The translations under genes were made by a program, and so were the position numbers. This document shows, one piece after another, positions 33,494 to 42,157 of a stretch of 64,000 nt of DNA. The number at the start of each line of letters is the position of its first letter. Position 1 is the stretch's first letter. Location of the stretch: positions 544,001-608,000 of the forward strand of contig CAWDRG010000017.1 in the NCBI GenBank assembly GCA_963804645.1. The letters run 5' to 3'. Below the pieces are notes generated by a model. The model saw nothing but the letters and a program-made list of their open reading frames with translations, had not been told where the DNA came from and searched no databases. Source of the stretch: an uncultured Bacillota bacterium. GTDB lineage: Bacteria > Sysuimicrobiota > Sysuimicrobiia > Sysuimicrobiales > Segetimicrobiaceae.

Positions 33494-34516
33494 TTAGGAG
33501 GGGCGGGCGGGCAGCACCTGGCGGAACACCCGCAGGAAGTTGCCGCCCGCGATCTTGTCGACGTCGGCGTCCGAATAGCCGCGGTCGAAGATCCCGTCGA
33601 TCAGATGCGGAAACTCGGCCAGCGTCTCAAACCCGTCCAGCACGGTCGGCTCCTTGCTGGCGAACGTCTCATCCTTCGGCGGCCGGCGGCGCTGCAGCCG
33701 GCCCGACAGGTCGAGCCCGATCCCGACGTGATCGACGCCGGCGGTCTGCACCATGTGATCCAGATGGTCGAGCATCTTGGACAGCGTGGGATGCGTCGGA
33801 TCGATCCGCCCGGGCGAGTGCTGCAGGCCGATCACCCCGCCGGTCTGCGCGACCGCGCGCAGCTGGTCGTCCGCCAGATTGCGGGGATGCGGGGTCACCG
33901 CCGCGGAGTTGGCGTGGCTGCATACCAGCGGCCCCTGGTTGACCTCGAGCATCTGCCAAAATCCGCGCGGGGCCGCGTGCGCGACGTCGACGACCATCCC
34001 CAGCCGGTTCATCTCGCGGACGATGTCGACGCCGGCCCGGCTGAGCCCGCCGCCGGTCTCGAGTTCCATCGCGCCGTCGCCGAGCTCGTTGCGGTAGTTC
34101 CACATCGGCTGGACCATCCGCACGCCCAGCTCGAAGAAGGTCCGCAGCAGCCGGACGCTGCCCTCGAGCGGGCGGCCGCCCTCGATCGTCAACATCAGGG
34201 AGAACACGTCGCTCGGCCGGACCGGCAGATCCTCGCGCCACCGGACCAGCCGCACGCGGCCGGCGGTGTCGGCGACTTCCTCGCGCACCTCCTCGAGATT
34301 TTCGAGGGCGCCGCGCAGCGGCAGATCCGATTTGTTCACGTGCAGCTGCGAGTCGCCGGCGAACGCGTACACGATCATGTCGAGGCCCACGCCCCGCCAG
34401 CGCGGCAGGATGTCCGAGGCCAGCGGATGCTCGACGCCGGCCCGGCGAAGCTCGTTCAGATAGTAGATGTCGTGGTGGCCGTCCATCGTGATGCCGGACA
34501 CTCTGCGCGCACTCAT
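33494..34516 (-). CDS. Membrane/renal-type dipeptidase (peptidase M19)
   Basis: DGHHD, IEGG, GGGLSRAG, DVAH, SHAN, HPRN, HVGIGLD, GGNFLRV. Confidence 0.92.
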   Translation of the reverse strand: MSARRVSGITMDGHHDIYYLNELRRAGVEHPLASDILPRWRGVGLDMIVYAFAGDSQLHVNKSDLPLRGALENLEEVREEVADTAGRVRLVRWREDLPVRPSDVFSLMLTIEGGRPLEGSVRLLRTFFELGVRMVQPMWNYRNELGDGAMELETGGGLSRAGVDIVREMNRLGMVVDVAHAAPRGFWQMLEVNQGPLVCSHANSAAVTPHPRNLADDQLRAVAQTGGVIGLQHSPGRIDPTHPTLSKMLDHLDHMVQTAGVDHVGIGLDLSGRLQRRRPPKDETFASKEPTVLDGFETLAEFPHLIDGIFDRGYSDADVDKIAGGNFLRVFRQVLPARPS

Positions 34517-34532
34517 CGCCTCACCGTCCCGG

Positions 34533-36068
34533 TTAGATGGAGTAGGTCTCGAGCCGGTACACGAGCAGCCCCGGGACGACGCCCTTCACCCCGGGACGCC
34601 AGGCGTACAGAATGTTCGGGTAGAGCAGCGGGACGACGGGCGCGTCGGCCTGGATCTTCTGCTGCGCCGCGGCGTAGAATTCGAGGCGCTTCTGCGGGTC
34701 GACCGCGTCCCGGGCGCCTTCGATCAGCGCGTCGGCGCCTCGGTACGAGGACACGTTCGGGTACGGGATCTGCGCGCTGTCGAAGTACGGGACGAGAATC
34801 TGGTCCGGTTCCAGACGAAGCGAGTTGATCGCCAGCATGTCGAACTGATGCGCCTGGCGCCGCTGCTCGAAGACCGCGCGGTCGAGCGCGGTAATCTGAA
34901 TCCGCACCCCCACGGCGCGCCACTGCTGTTGCAGGACCGCCGCCATGTCGGGCCAATCGCCCGTGCCGTCGGAGATGAAGTCGAACGTCTTGTTCTTGAC
35001 GGCCGCGGGCAACCCGGCTTCCGCGAGCAGCGCGCGCGCCCGCTCCGGATCGTACGGGTACCGCTCCGCCTTGAGATACCCGAACATGTTCGGGTTCAGG
35101 ACGCTGTTGGCGATGGTGCCCTGTCCGAGCCAAATCCGCTGCACGATGTCGCTCTTGTTCGTCGCGTAGTTCAGCGCCTGGCGCACGCGCACGTCGTCGA
35201 ACGGAGGACGCTCCATGTTGAGGTGGACCCAGTATGTGCGCGGGCCGACGATGCTCTTGCTGCCCACCCGATTGCTGCGCGAGATGCGCTGCATGACGTC
35301 GGGCACGTCGAAGTAGGACACGTCCAGGTCGCCCCGCTCCAGCGCGATCTCCGCCGTCGAAGCATCCGGCACGATGCGAAACATGGCGCGCTGGATCTTG
35401 GGGGGCGGACCGTAGAAGTCTCTGTTGGCCGACACGTGCACGCCCTGACCCGGGACCCATTGGTCGACGACGTACGGGCCCGTCCCGACGACGTTCGCGG
35501 AATAGTCCTTGCCGTACCGTTCGAGCGCCCGCTGGTTGACGATGTAGCCCGGCCGGTACGCGAGCACCGAGGAGAGGAACGCGCCGTACGGTTTGTCGAG
35601 CGTAATGGTCACCGTGTAGGGGTCGACGGCCGTGACCGCGCGCACCGGCTCCAGATCGGCACGAAACCGGGAGCCGAGCTTCGGATCCTTGATCCGGTCG
35701 AGCGAGTACTTCACGTCCGCGGCGGTCAGTTCGCCGAACCCGCGCTGCCACTTCACACCCTGGCGAAGGTGAAAGGTGTACGTCCGGCCGTCCGGGGACA
35801 GGTCCCACTTGGTCGCCAGGTCCGGAAGAATCTCGGTGCTGCCGGGCGTCTGCCGCACGAGACCCGAATACACCACGTACGCCACCGCGTAGTCTTGCCC
35901 GCTCGTCATCAGGGCGGGGTCCAGGGTGAGCAGCTCGTCGTCCAGCCTGAGGTTGAACTCCGCCGGCTGCGCGGCGGCGGCGGGCAGCCGCCCGAGGACC
36001 GGGAACCCCTTCGCGGCCAGCGCGCCCGCGCCGGCCAGCACCCCCGCGAGCAAGGTGCGACGCTTCAT
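34533..36068 (-). CDS. Family-5 ABC solute-binding protein with probable Tat signal
   Basis: ATG at 36068 (MKRRTLLAG...), PDLATKWDLSPDGRTYTFHLRQGVKW, VGTGPY. Confidence 0.92.
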   Translation of the reverse strand: MKRRTLLAGVLAGAGALAAKGFPVLGRLPAAAAQPAEFNLRLDDELLTLDPALMTSGQDYAVAYVVYSGLVRQTPGSTEILPDLATKWDLSPDGRTYTFHLRQGVKWQRGFGELTAADVKYSLDRIKDPKLGSRFRADLEPVRAVTAVDPYTVTITLDKPYGAFLSSVLAYRPGYIVNQRALERYGKDYSANVVGTGPYVVDQWVPGQGVHVSANRDFYGPPPKIQRAMFRIVPDASTAEIALERGDLDVSYFDVPDVMQRISRSNRVGSKSIVGPRTYWVHLNMERPPFDDVRVRQALNYATNKSDIVQRIWLGQGTIANSVLNPNMFGYLKAERYPYDPERARALLAEAGLPAAVKNKTFDFISDGTGDWPDMAAVLQQQWRAVGVRIQITALDRAVFEQRRQAHQFDMLAINSLRLEPDQILVPYFDSAQIPYPNVSSYRGADALIEGARDAVDPQKRLEFYAAAQQKIQADAPVVPLLYPNILYAWRPGVKGVVPGLLVYRLETYSI

Positions 36069-37006
36069 GATGGCCTCCGCCGGATCCCGTAGTAGCGTTC
36101 CCGCGCGGTGACGCGTTCGCGGCGGCGGGACAACCGCGGGACGTGGATCGAGGGCGGCGCACTGCGCGCGCCGCCGTGCAGGTGACGGTCGAACGGCGTC
36201 GGGGACGCGAACTCCAGAAAGAACGGAAACCGGTCGGTCGCGAGCTTCGACTCCACGTACAGCACCGGCCGTCCGGCGGCGGTGTACGAGATTCTCCGCG
36301 TCAGCATCACGGGCATCGCCGGCGGCCGCCGCAGCCGCCGCGCATCGCCGGCCGCAAGCGGGCGCGCCGCGATCCACATCTCCGTGCGGACCACGGCCGC
36401 GCCGACCTGCTGCGCGGCGATCGTGAGAAAGAGTTCCTGCTGCAGGTCCCGCGGCCGCACGCGCCCCGCCATCAGCTGCGCGGGAATCATCCCGACCTCG
36501 AGCGCCGTCGGTGTGTCCCGCACGATCGCGATCCGAGTCGCCCGCCACAGGGGCGTGCCGACGGAGACGTCCAAGATGCGGGCGTGCTCGGCATCGGCGG
36601 GCACCGTCGTGACGTCGACCAGCCGGTGGTGCGCCACGGGCGGCCGCCGCTTGGGGCCGCGCCCGGCGAAGGTCAGCCCGCCGACGCCGAACTGGAACTT
36701 GGGGGCGGCGACATACGTGCCGGCCCCCCGGCGCCGGTAGATCAGCCCCTCACGGGCGAGCTCAGCAAGCGCCGCGCGGACCGTGATGCGGCTCACGCGG
36801 TACCGCGTACAGAGCGCCTGTTCCGTGGGAATGCGGTCCCGAAACTCGCCGCGCGAGATCTTCTGGACGAGGCTGTTGCGGACGTGGAGATACTTGACGA
36901 CGACCGCGGGCTGCGCGGGTGACGCGGCGCTGATCCGCGGCGCCGGCCCGGACCTCGCGGCCGGCGCGCGTTCGGACACAGCGGGCTCGCGCTGCAGTCG
37001 ACCCAT
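36065..37006 (-). CDS. GntR-family regulator, HutC subfamily (HTH + UTRA)
   Basis: GGAGGTG RBS and ATG at 37006; IPTEQALCTRYRVSRITVRAAL...RRRGAGTYV, followed by a UTRA-like C-domain. Confidence 0.92.
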   Translation of the reverse strand: MGRLQREPAVSERAPAARSGPAPRISAASPAQPAVVVKYLHVRNSLVQKISRGEFRDRIPTEQALCTRYRVSRITVRAALAELAREGLIYRRRGAGTYVAAPKFQFGVGGLTFAGRGPKRRPPVAHHRLVDVTTVPADAEHARILDVSVGTPLWRATRIAIVRDTPTALEVGMIPAQLMAGRVRPRDLQQELFLTIAAQQVGAAVVRTEMWIAARPLAAGDARRLRRPPAMPVMLTRRISYTAAGRPVLYVESKLATDRFPFFLEFASPTPFDRHLHGGARSAPPSIHVPRLSRRRERVTARERYYGIRRRPS

Positions 37007-37057
37007 CGACGCACACCTCCGCACCGGTGCGCTGGCGCACGCCGGTGACGCGTGACT

Positions 37058-37069
37058 TTGATATAACAA
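37058..37069. promoter_or_regulatory. Candidate GntR/HutC operator in the divergent promoter region
   Basis: Near-palindrome TTGATATAACAA (one mismatched pair) in an AT-rich patch between the divergent gntR and ggt genes. Confidence 0.55.
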
Positions 37070-37182
37070 CTGTAAATCCTCCTTGGAGGAACTGCGCCCC
37101 ACCGCCCGAACTATTGCCGGGACTTCCATCTGCCCGTGGTGCCGCTTCGCCAACCGAACGGTCCGACAAGGAGGGCGCATCG

Positions 37183-38964
37183 ATGGAGCAACACGCAGAG
37201 ACGATCTATGGCGCGCGCACGTGGTCGATCCGCACGGAGATCGCCCGCCCGCTGGTGATGGGCGTGCACGGCATGGTCTCGGGGGGCCACTATCTCGCCG
37301 CCGCGGCCGGGATGCGCGTGCTCGCCGCCGGCGGGAACGCGATCGATGCCGGCGTCGCCGGCGGCATCGTGTTGAACGTCGTGCACAACGACATGTGCGC
37401 GTTCGCGGGGGTCGCCCCGATCATCCTCTACCACGCCGGCACGAAGCGGGTCACCACGTTCGCCGGAACCGGGACGTGGCCCCGCGCGATCTCCCGCGAC
37501 TACTTCATGCGCGAGAAGCAGGGCCGCATCGGACTGGGCCTGGCCGCGTGCGTCGTGCCCTCCGCGGCCGACGCGTGGCTGTCCGCGCTCCGCCAGTACG
37601 GGACGAAAACGTTCGGCGAGGTCGCGGAGAGCGCGATCCGGATCGCCCACGACGGCTTCCCCGTCCATCATTTCATGGCGCGCAGCATCGGTGGATTTCT
37701 CAATAACTACCGCGCGCATCCGATGAATCGGGAGATCTACCTGCGCAACGGGGAGCCCCCGAAGGTGGGCGACGTCATCGTCCAGCATGAACTCGGCGCG
37801 ACGCTCCAGGCGATGGCGGACGCGGAGCGGAAGGCGCGGGGCACCCGCGAGCACGGCATCGACGCCGCCCGGGATTACTTCTACCGCGGCCCGATCGCCA
37901 AAGCCATGGTCGCCTACTCCAAGACGCGCGGGGGGTTCTTCAGCGAAGAAGACTTTGCGGCGTACGAAGCTCGGGAGGAGGCGGCCCCGCACGTGACCTT
38001 CCGGAACCATGAGGTCTACGGCTGCGGACCGTGGAGTCAGGGGCCGGCGTTCCTCGAGGCGCTCGGCATCCTCGACGGCGTCCCGATGGACGGGGCCGCG
38101 CCCCACAGCCCGGAGGTCATCCACCGGCAGGTGGAAGCGCTCAAGCTGGCGTTCGCCGACCGCGAGCGCTACCTGGGCGATCCCCTCGTGGTGGCGGTGC
38201 CCATGGAGCAGCTCCTGTCCCCGTCGTATCTCGACGCGCAGCGCGCCCGGATCGATCCCCGCCACGCGTATCCGGGCTGTCCCCCGGCCGGGGAGATCCC
38301 GGGCTTTCCCCGCCGCGAGCCGCCACCGCCGACGGGTGAGGTCCCGGTCGTGACGACGCGGACGCCGTCCGCGGACCTCCCAGGCACGTCCTATTTCTGC
38401 GCGATGGATCGCGACGGGAATATCTTCTCCGCGACGCCGAGCGACGGCTACAGCCAGAGCGAGGTCATCCCAGGACTCGGGCTGGCGATCTCCGAACGGG
38501 GCCTGCAGGGCAGCCTCGACCCGAACAACCCGAACGTGGTCGCGCCGGGAAAGCGCATCCGGCTCACACCGAACCCCGCCCTGGTGCTGCGCGACGGCGA
38601 GCCGTTCATGGCGATCGGCTCGCCGGGGGCGGATCGGCAGCCGCAGGCGATGACGCAGGTGCTCAGCAAGATCCTCATCTGGGGGATGAACCCGCAGCAC
38701 GCGGTGGAACACCCGCGGTTCGCCTCGTTCTCATTCCCCCAGGGCGCGTTCCCGCACCAGTACGAACCCCGCAAGCTGCGTGCCGAAGCGGACGTGCCGG
38801 AGGAGGCGGCGGTGCAGCTGCGCGCGTACGGACACGATGTCGAACGCTGGCCGAAGTGGTCGTGGTCGGCCGGCGGCGTCTGCGTCGTCATGCGCGATCC
38901 GGAGCAACGCGTGTTCCTGGGCGGGGCAGACCCGAGGCGCGAGGGGTACGCGGTTGCGGTGTAG
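37183..38964 (+). CDS. Gamma-glutamyltransferase-family Ntn hydrolase
   Basis: AAGGAGG RBS; GGNAIDAG, GTSYFCAMDRDGN, PGKRIRLTPNP, GGADPRR. Close paralog of 25992-27771. Confidence 0.93.
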   Translation: MEQHAETIYGARTWSIRTEIARPLVMGVHGMVSGGHYLAAAAGMRVLAAGGNAIDAGVAGGIVLNVVHNDMCAFAGVAPIILYHAGTKRVTTFAGTGTWPRAISRDYFMREKQGRIGLGLAACVVPSAADAWLSALRQYGTKTFGEVAESAIRIAHDGFPVHHFMARSIGGFLNNYRAHPMNREIYLRNGEPPKVGDVIVQHELGATLQAMADAERKARGTREHGIDAARDYFYRGPIAKAMVAYSKTRGGFFSEEDFAAYEAREEAAPHVTFRNHEVYGCGPWSQGPAFLEALGILDGVPMDGAAPHSPEVIHRQVEALKLAFADRERYLGDPLVVAVPMEQLLSPSYLDAQRARIDPRHAYPGCPPAGEIPGFPRREPPPPTGEVPVVTTRTPSADLPGTSYFCAMDRDGNIFSATPSDGYSQSEVIPGLGLAISERGLQGSLDPNNPNVVAPGKRIRLTPNPALVLRDGEPFMAIGSPGADRQPQAMTQVLSKILIWGMNPQHAVEHPRFASFSFPQGAFPHQYEPRKLRAEADVPEEAAVQLRAYGHDVERWPKWSWSAGGVCVVMRDPEQRVFLGGADPRREGYAVAV

Positions 38965-39000
38965 CCCGGCACCTCACCGGACGGGACCGCCCAGCGTCCC

Positions 39001-40479
39001 GTGAGCGGCGGCGGAAGCCTGCGTCCCGAGGCCTCGGCAGAAGAGACCGCCGGGCTCATCCGGAGCGGCGCGGTGACCTCCACCGAGGTGACGCGGGCCT
39101 GCCTGGACCGCATCCGCGCCCTCGACGGCGCGCACCATGCGTTCATTACGCTCCTGGAAGCGGACGCGCTCGCTGCCGCGGCGCGGGCCGACGACGAGCT
39201 CAGACGCGGACGGTCCGTCGGCCCGCTGCACGGGGTTCCCGTCACCGTCAAGGATGCGTTTCTTCTCCGCGGCACCCCCACCACGATCGGCGCCGTGATG
39301 CTCCGCACCGACGCGCCCGCGGAGAACGACGCCGCGTGCCTGGACCGCCTCAGGGACGCGGGCGCCGTGGTGCTCGGCAAGACCAACGTGGGAAGCGGCA
39401 TCGCGTGGCAGACGGCCGGACTCAGCGCGACGCGCCTGCCCCCCGCGGAGAATCCGTGGCGCCGCGGACGCACCCTCGGCGGGTCGAGCAGCGGGTCCGC
39501 CGTCGCGGTCGCGCTCGGCATGGGATACGCGAGCGTCGGATCGGATTCCGGCGGCTCCGTGCGGAATCCCGCCGCGCTCTCGGGCCTCGTCGGCCTCAAG
39601 CCGACCTTCGGCCGGGTCAGCCAGTACGGCTGCGTATACGGGCTCTGCCGGTCGCTCGAGCATGTTGGCCCCCTCACCCGCACCGTCCGCGACGCGGCGA
39701 TTCTGCTGAGCTGCCTCGCGGGCCGCGATCCGCGGGATCCTACCTCCGCGGACGCGCCGGTACCGGACTACCTGGCTGCGGTCGCCGACGCGGCGCCCGA
39801 GCCGCTGCGGATCGGCTGGTTCTCAGACGGCGGGCCGCTCGGCGCCGAGCCCGACGTCCTGGCGCGCGTCGCCGACGCGACGCGGGTGCTGCGGAACCTC
39901 GGCATGTCGGTCGAGGCGGTACCCGCGCCGGCCGCGGATCCGGAGCTGTGGTATGAGCTCACCCTGTTCGAGGAGGCCGACGCGCTCGACGAGACGGTGC
40001 CGGCCCTGACCGCGTATCAGGAATACGGACGCGCCAACCTTCGCCGGAAACGGGACCGAGTGTCGCGCGCCGCCGCAGCCCGCGCGGCGAACATCCGCAG
40101 CGCCTACGCGGCGCTGTTCTCGCGGTTCGACCTCTTGGCGCTCCCGACCGCCCCGCTCACCGCGACGCCGCTGACCGCGCCGATCCTGCAGTGGAACGGG
40201 TCCGCCCGCGACGCGCTGGACCTGTACCTGGCAAATACGTGGGTGTTCAACCTGACCGGGCACCCGGCGATCACGCTCCCGTGCGGGTTCGACCGCGACC
40301 GCATGCCGGTCGGCATGCAGCTCGCGGCGCGGCACTTCGACGAGGCGCGCCTGCTCGGCGCGGCCGCGAGGTACGAAGCCACGGTCGGACGGTTCCCGCT
40401 GCCCGCCTCCGAGCCGCCCGCTCTTCGTCCCACGGATGGCTCGATCCTGACCACGCCGAATGGAGGGAGTGTCCCATGA
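39001..40479 (+). CDS. Amidase-signature family enzyme
   Basis: GPLHGVPVTVKD (Lys), GGSSSGS, GSDSGGSVRNPA (Ser nucleophile), GLKPT. Confidence 0.93.
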   Translation: MSGGGSLRPEASAEETAGLIRSGAVTSTEVTRACLDRIRALDGAHHAFITLLEADALAAAARADDELRRGRSVGPLHGVPVTVKDAFLLRGTPTTIGAVMLRTDAPAENDAACLDRLRDAGAVVLGKTNVGSGIAWQTAGLSATRLPPAENPWRRGRTLGGSSSGSAVAVALGMGYASVGSDSGGSVRNPAALSGLVGLKPTFGRVSQYGCVYGLCRSLEHVGPLTRTVRDAAILLSCLAGRDPRDPTSADAPVPDYLAAVADAAPEPLRIGWFSDGGPLGAEPDVLARVADATRVLRNLGMSVEAVPAPAADPELWYELTLFEEADALDETVPALTAYQEYGRANLRRKRDRVSRAAAARAANIRSAYAALFSRFDLLALPTAPLTATPLTAPILQWNGSARDALDLYLANTWVFNLTGHPAITLPCGFDRDRMPVGMQLAARHFDEARLLGAAARYEATVGRFPLPASEPPALRPTDGSILTTPNGGSVP

Positions 40480-42098
40480 GCACGCACCGCCACGCCGCGT
40501 GGGCCCTGTTCACGGTGGTCATCGTCGCGGCACTGCTCGCCGGCCTGGCCGGATCCGCCCGGCCGGATGCCGCCCCGCGCCAGGGCGGCGACGCATCGAT
40601 GGCGATCTTCGGCGCGCCCGGGAGCACGCTGCTGCCAGGCTTCCCGCAAACGAACTACGCGGTGACCGTTTACCAGAGTGCGAATCGGACCCTGGCCAGC
40701 TACAGCCCCAACCTTCGAATGCTGCCGGACCTCGCCGACCGGTGGAGCATCGCCGCCGACGGCCGCACCTACACGTTCCACCTGCGCGCGGGGATTCGCT
40801 GGAGCGACGGGACACCGATCACCTCCGGGGACTTCGAGGCCACGGTCCTGCTCCTCTCCGCGAAGGACGCCGCCAGTCCCTGGTTCAACAACGTGGACCA
40901 AATCGTCGGCGCGAAAGACCGCAAAGCCGGGAAAAGTGAGGCGCTCCCGGGGTTCAAGATCGTCGACGCCCAGACGTTCCAGGTCACCACCGAGACGCCG
41001 TCGGCCACGTTCCTGGACCTGTTCGGGACCGAGATGATCCCCCTCCCCGCGAAGCAGATCACCGGCACCCCGCCGGTCGCGCTGCTGAAAAGCGATTTCG
41101 CGAGGGTCCCCTCGGTGTCGTCCGGCCCGTTCTACATCACCGGGTATCAAACGGATACGCTCGTCACGATGGCGCGGAATCCGTATTACTACGCCCGGCG
41201 CCCGGCCCTCGACCACGTCTTCATTAAGATCCTCAGCCCGGAGACCGGCATCGCGGAACTCGAGCGGGGCGAACTGCAGGTCGCGCCCGGCGAGGCCAGC
41301 GGCGAAGTGCCGCCCGGGGAGGTGGCCGCCCTGAAGCAGGACCCCGACGTCACCGTCACCACGTACCCCAACATCGACGTCGTCGCCATCGCCCTGAACC
41401 TCAAGCACCCCCCGCTCGACGACGTGCGGATCCGTCAGGCGATGATGTACGCGATCGATCGCCCGGCGATCGTCGCGACCGTGCTGCTGGGCATGGCGCA
41501 GGTCGCGTACTCGCCGTTCGTCTCGTTTGCGCCGTACTACGACCGCTCGCTGAACCCATACGCGCGCAACCTCGACCGCGCGCGCGAACTGATGCGGGAC
41601 GCCCACTACGATCCGAACACCCGCCTCCGGCTCCTCATTCCGACCGGCGACAGCACGCTCACGGCCGCCGGGACCGTCGTCCAGCAGATGCTGCAGCAGG
41701 CCGGGTTCACGCTCCAGATCGAGCAGACGGACTTCGCCACCATGGTCGTGCGCCAGCGCACCCACGACTTTGACGTCGCCGTCTCGATCAACCGGGGCTT
41801 CAACAACCCCGATCTGAGCCGGCGGTTTTCCACCAATGCGATCACGTCGGGAGTCAACTATGGTCAGTACTCCAATCCGGAGCTCGACCGTCTGCTCGAC
41901 CAGGCGCGCGAGACTCCCGTCCTGTCGCAGGCGACCCCGTCGCTCGACAAGATCCAGGAGATCCTCAACCGCGATGTGCCGGTCTTGCTGCTCTACTACC
42001 GGGACTCGATCGGGGCCGTCAACACCAAGCAGCTCGGCGGCGCGATCCCACGGTTCGGCGGCGTGCACCGCGACATGGCCGACTGGTACCTGAAATAG
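40476..42098 (+). CDS. Family-5 ABC solute-binding protein (paralog group A)
   Basis: ATG at 40476; GGDASMAIFGAPGS and YYRDSIGAVNTKQLGGA are shared with the genes at 10264 and 15501. Confidence 0.93.
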   Translation: MSTHRHAAWALFTVVIVAALLAGLAGSARPDAAPRQGGDASMAIFGAPGSTLLPGFPQTNYAVTVYQSANRTLASYSPNLRMLPDLADRWSIAADGRTYTFHLRAGIRWSDGTPITSGDFEATVLLLSAKDAASPWFNNVDQIVGAKDRKAGKSEALPGFKIVDAQTFQVTTETPSATFLDLFGTEMIPLPAKQITGTPPVALLKSDFARVPSVSSGPFYITGYQTDTLVTMARNPYYYARRPALDHVFIKILSPETGIAELERGELQVAPGEASGEVPPGEVAALKQDPDVTVTTYPNIDVVAIALNLKHPPLDDVRIRQAMMYAIDRPAIVATVLLGMAQVAYSPFVSFAPYYDRSLNPYARNLDRARELMRDAHYDPNTRLRLLIPTGDSTLTAAGTVVQQMLQQAGFTLQIEQTDFATMVVRQRTHDFDVAVSINRGFNNPDLSRRFSTNAITSGVNYGQYSNPELDRLLDQARETPVLSQATPSLDKIQEILNRDVPVLLLYYRDSIGAVNTKQLGGAIPRFGGVHRDMADWYLK

Positions 42099-42157
42099 CA
42101 TGCGGCGCGACACCGAGGCATCGCGCCGGACTGTCTCGCGATGAAGGGGGCACGCAT

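Noticed and set aside
39001..40479. gatA assignment for the amidase
   Set aside because: No gatB/gatC neighbours, catabolic context, and it lacks the GKTNxDEFAMGS motif of GatA.
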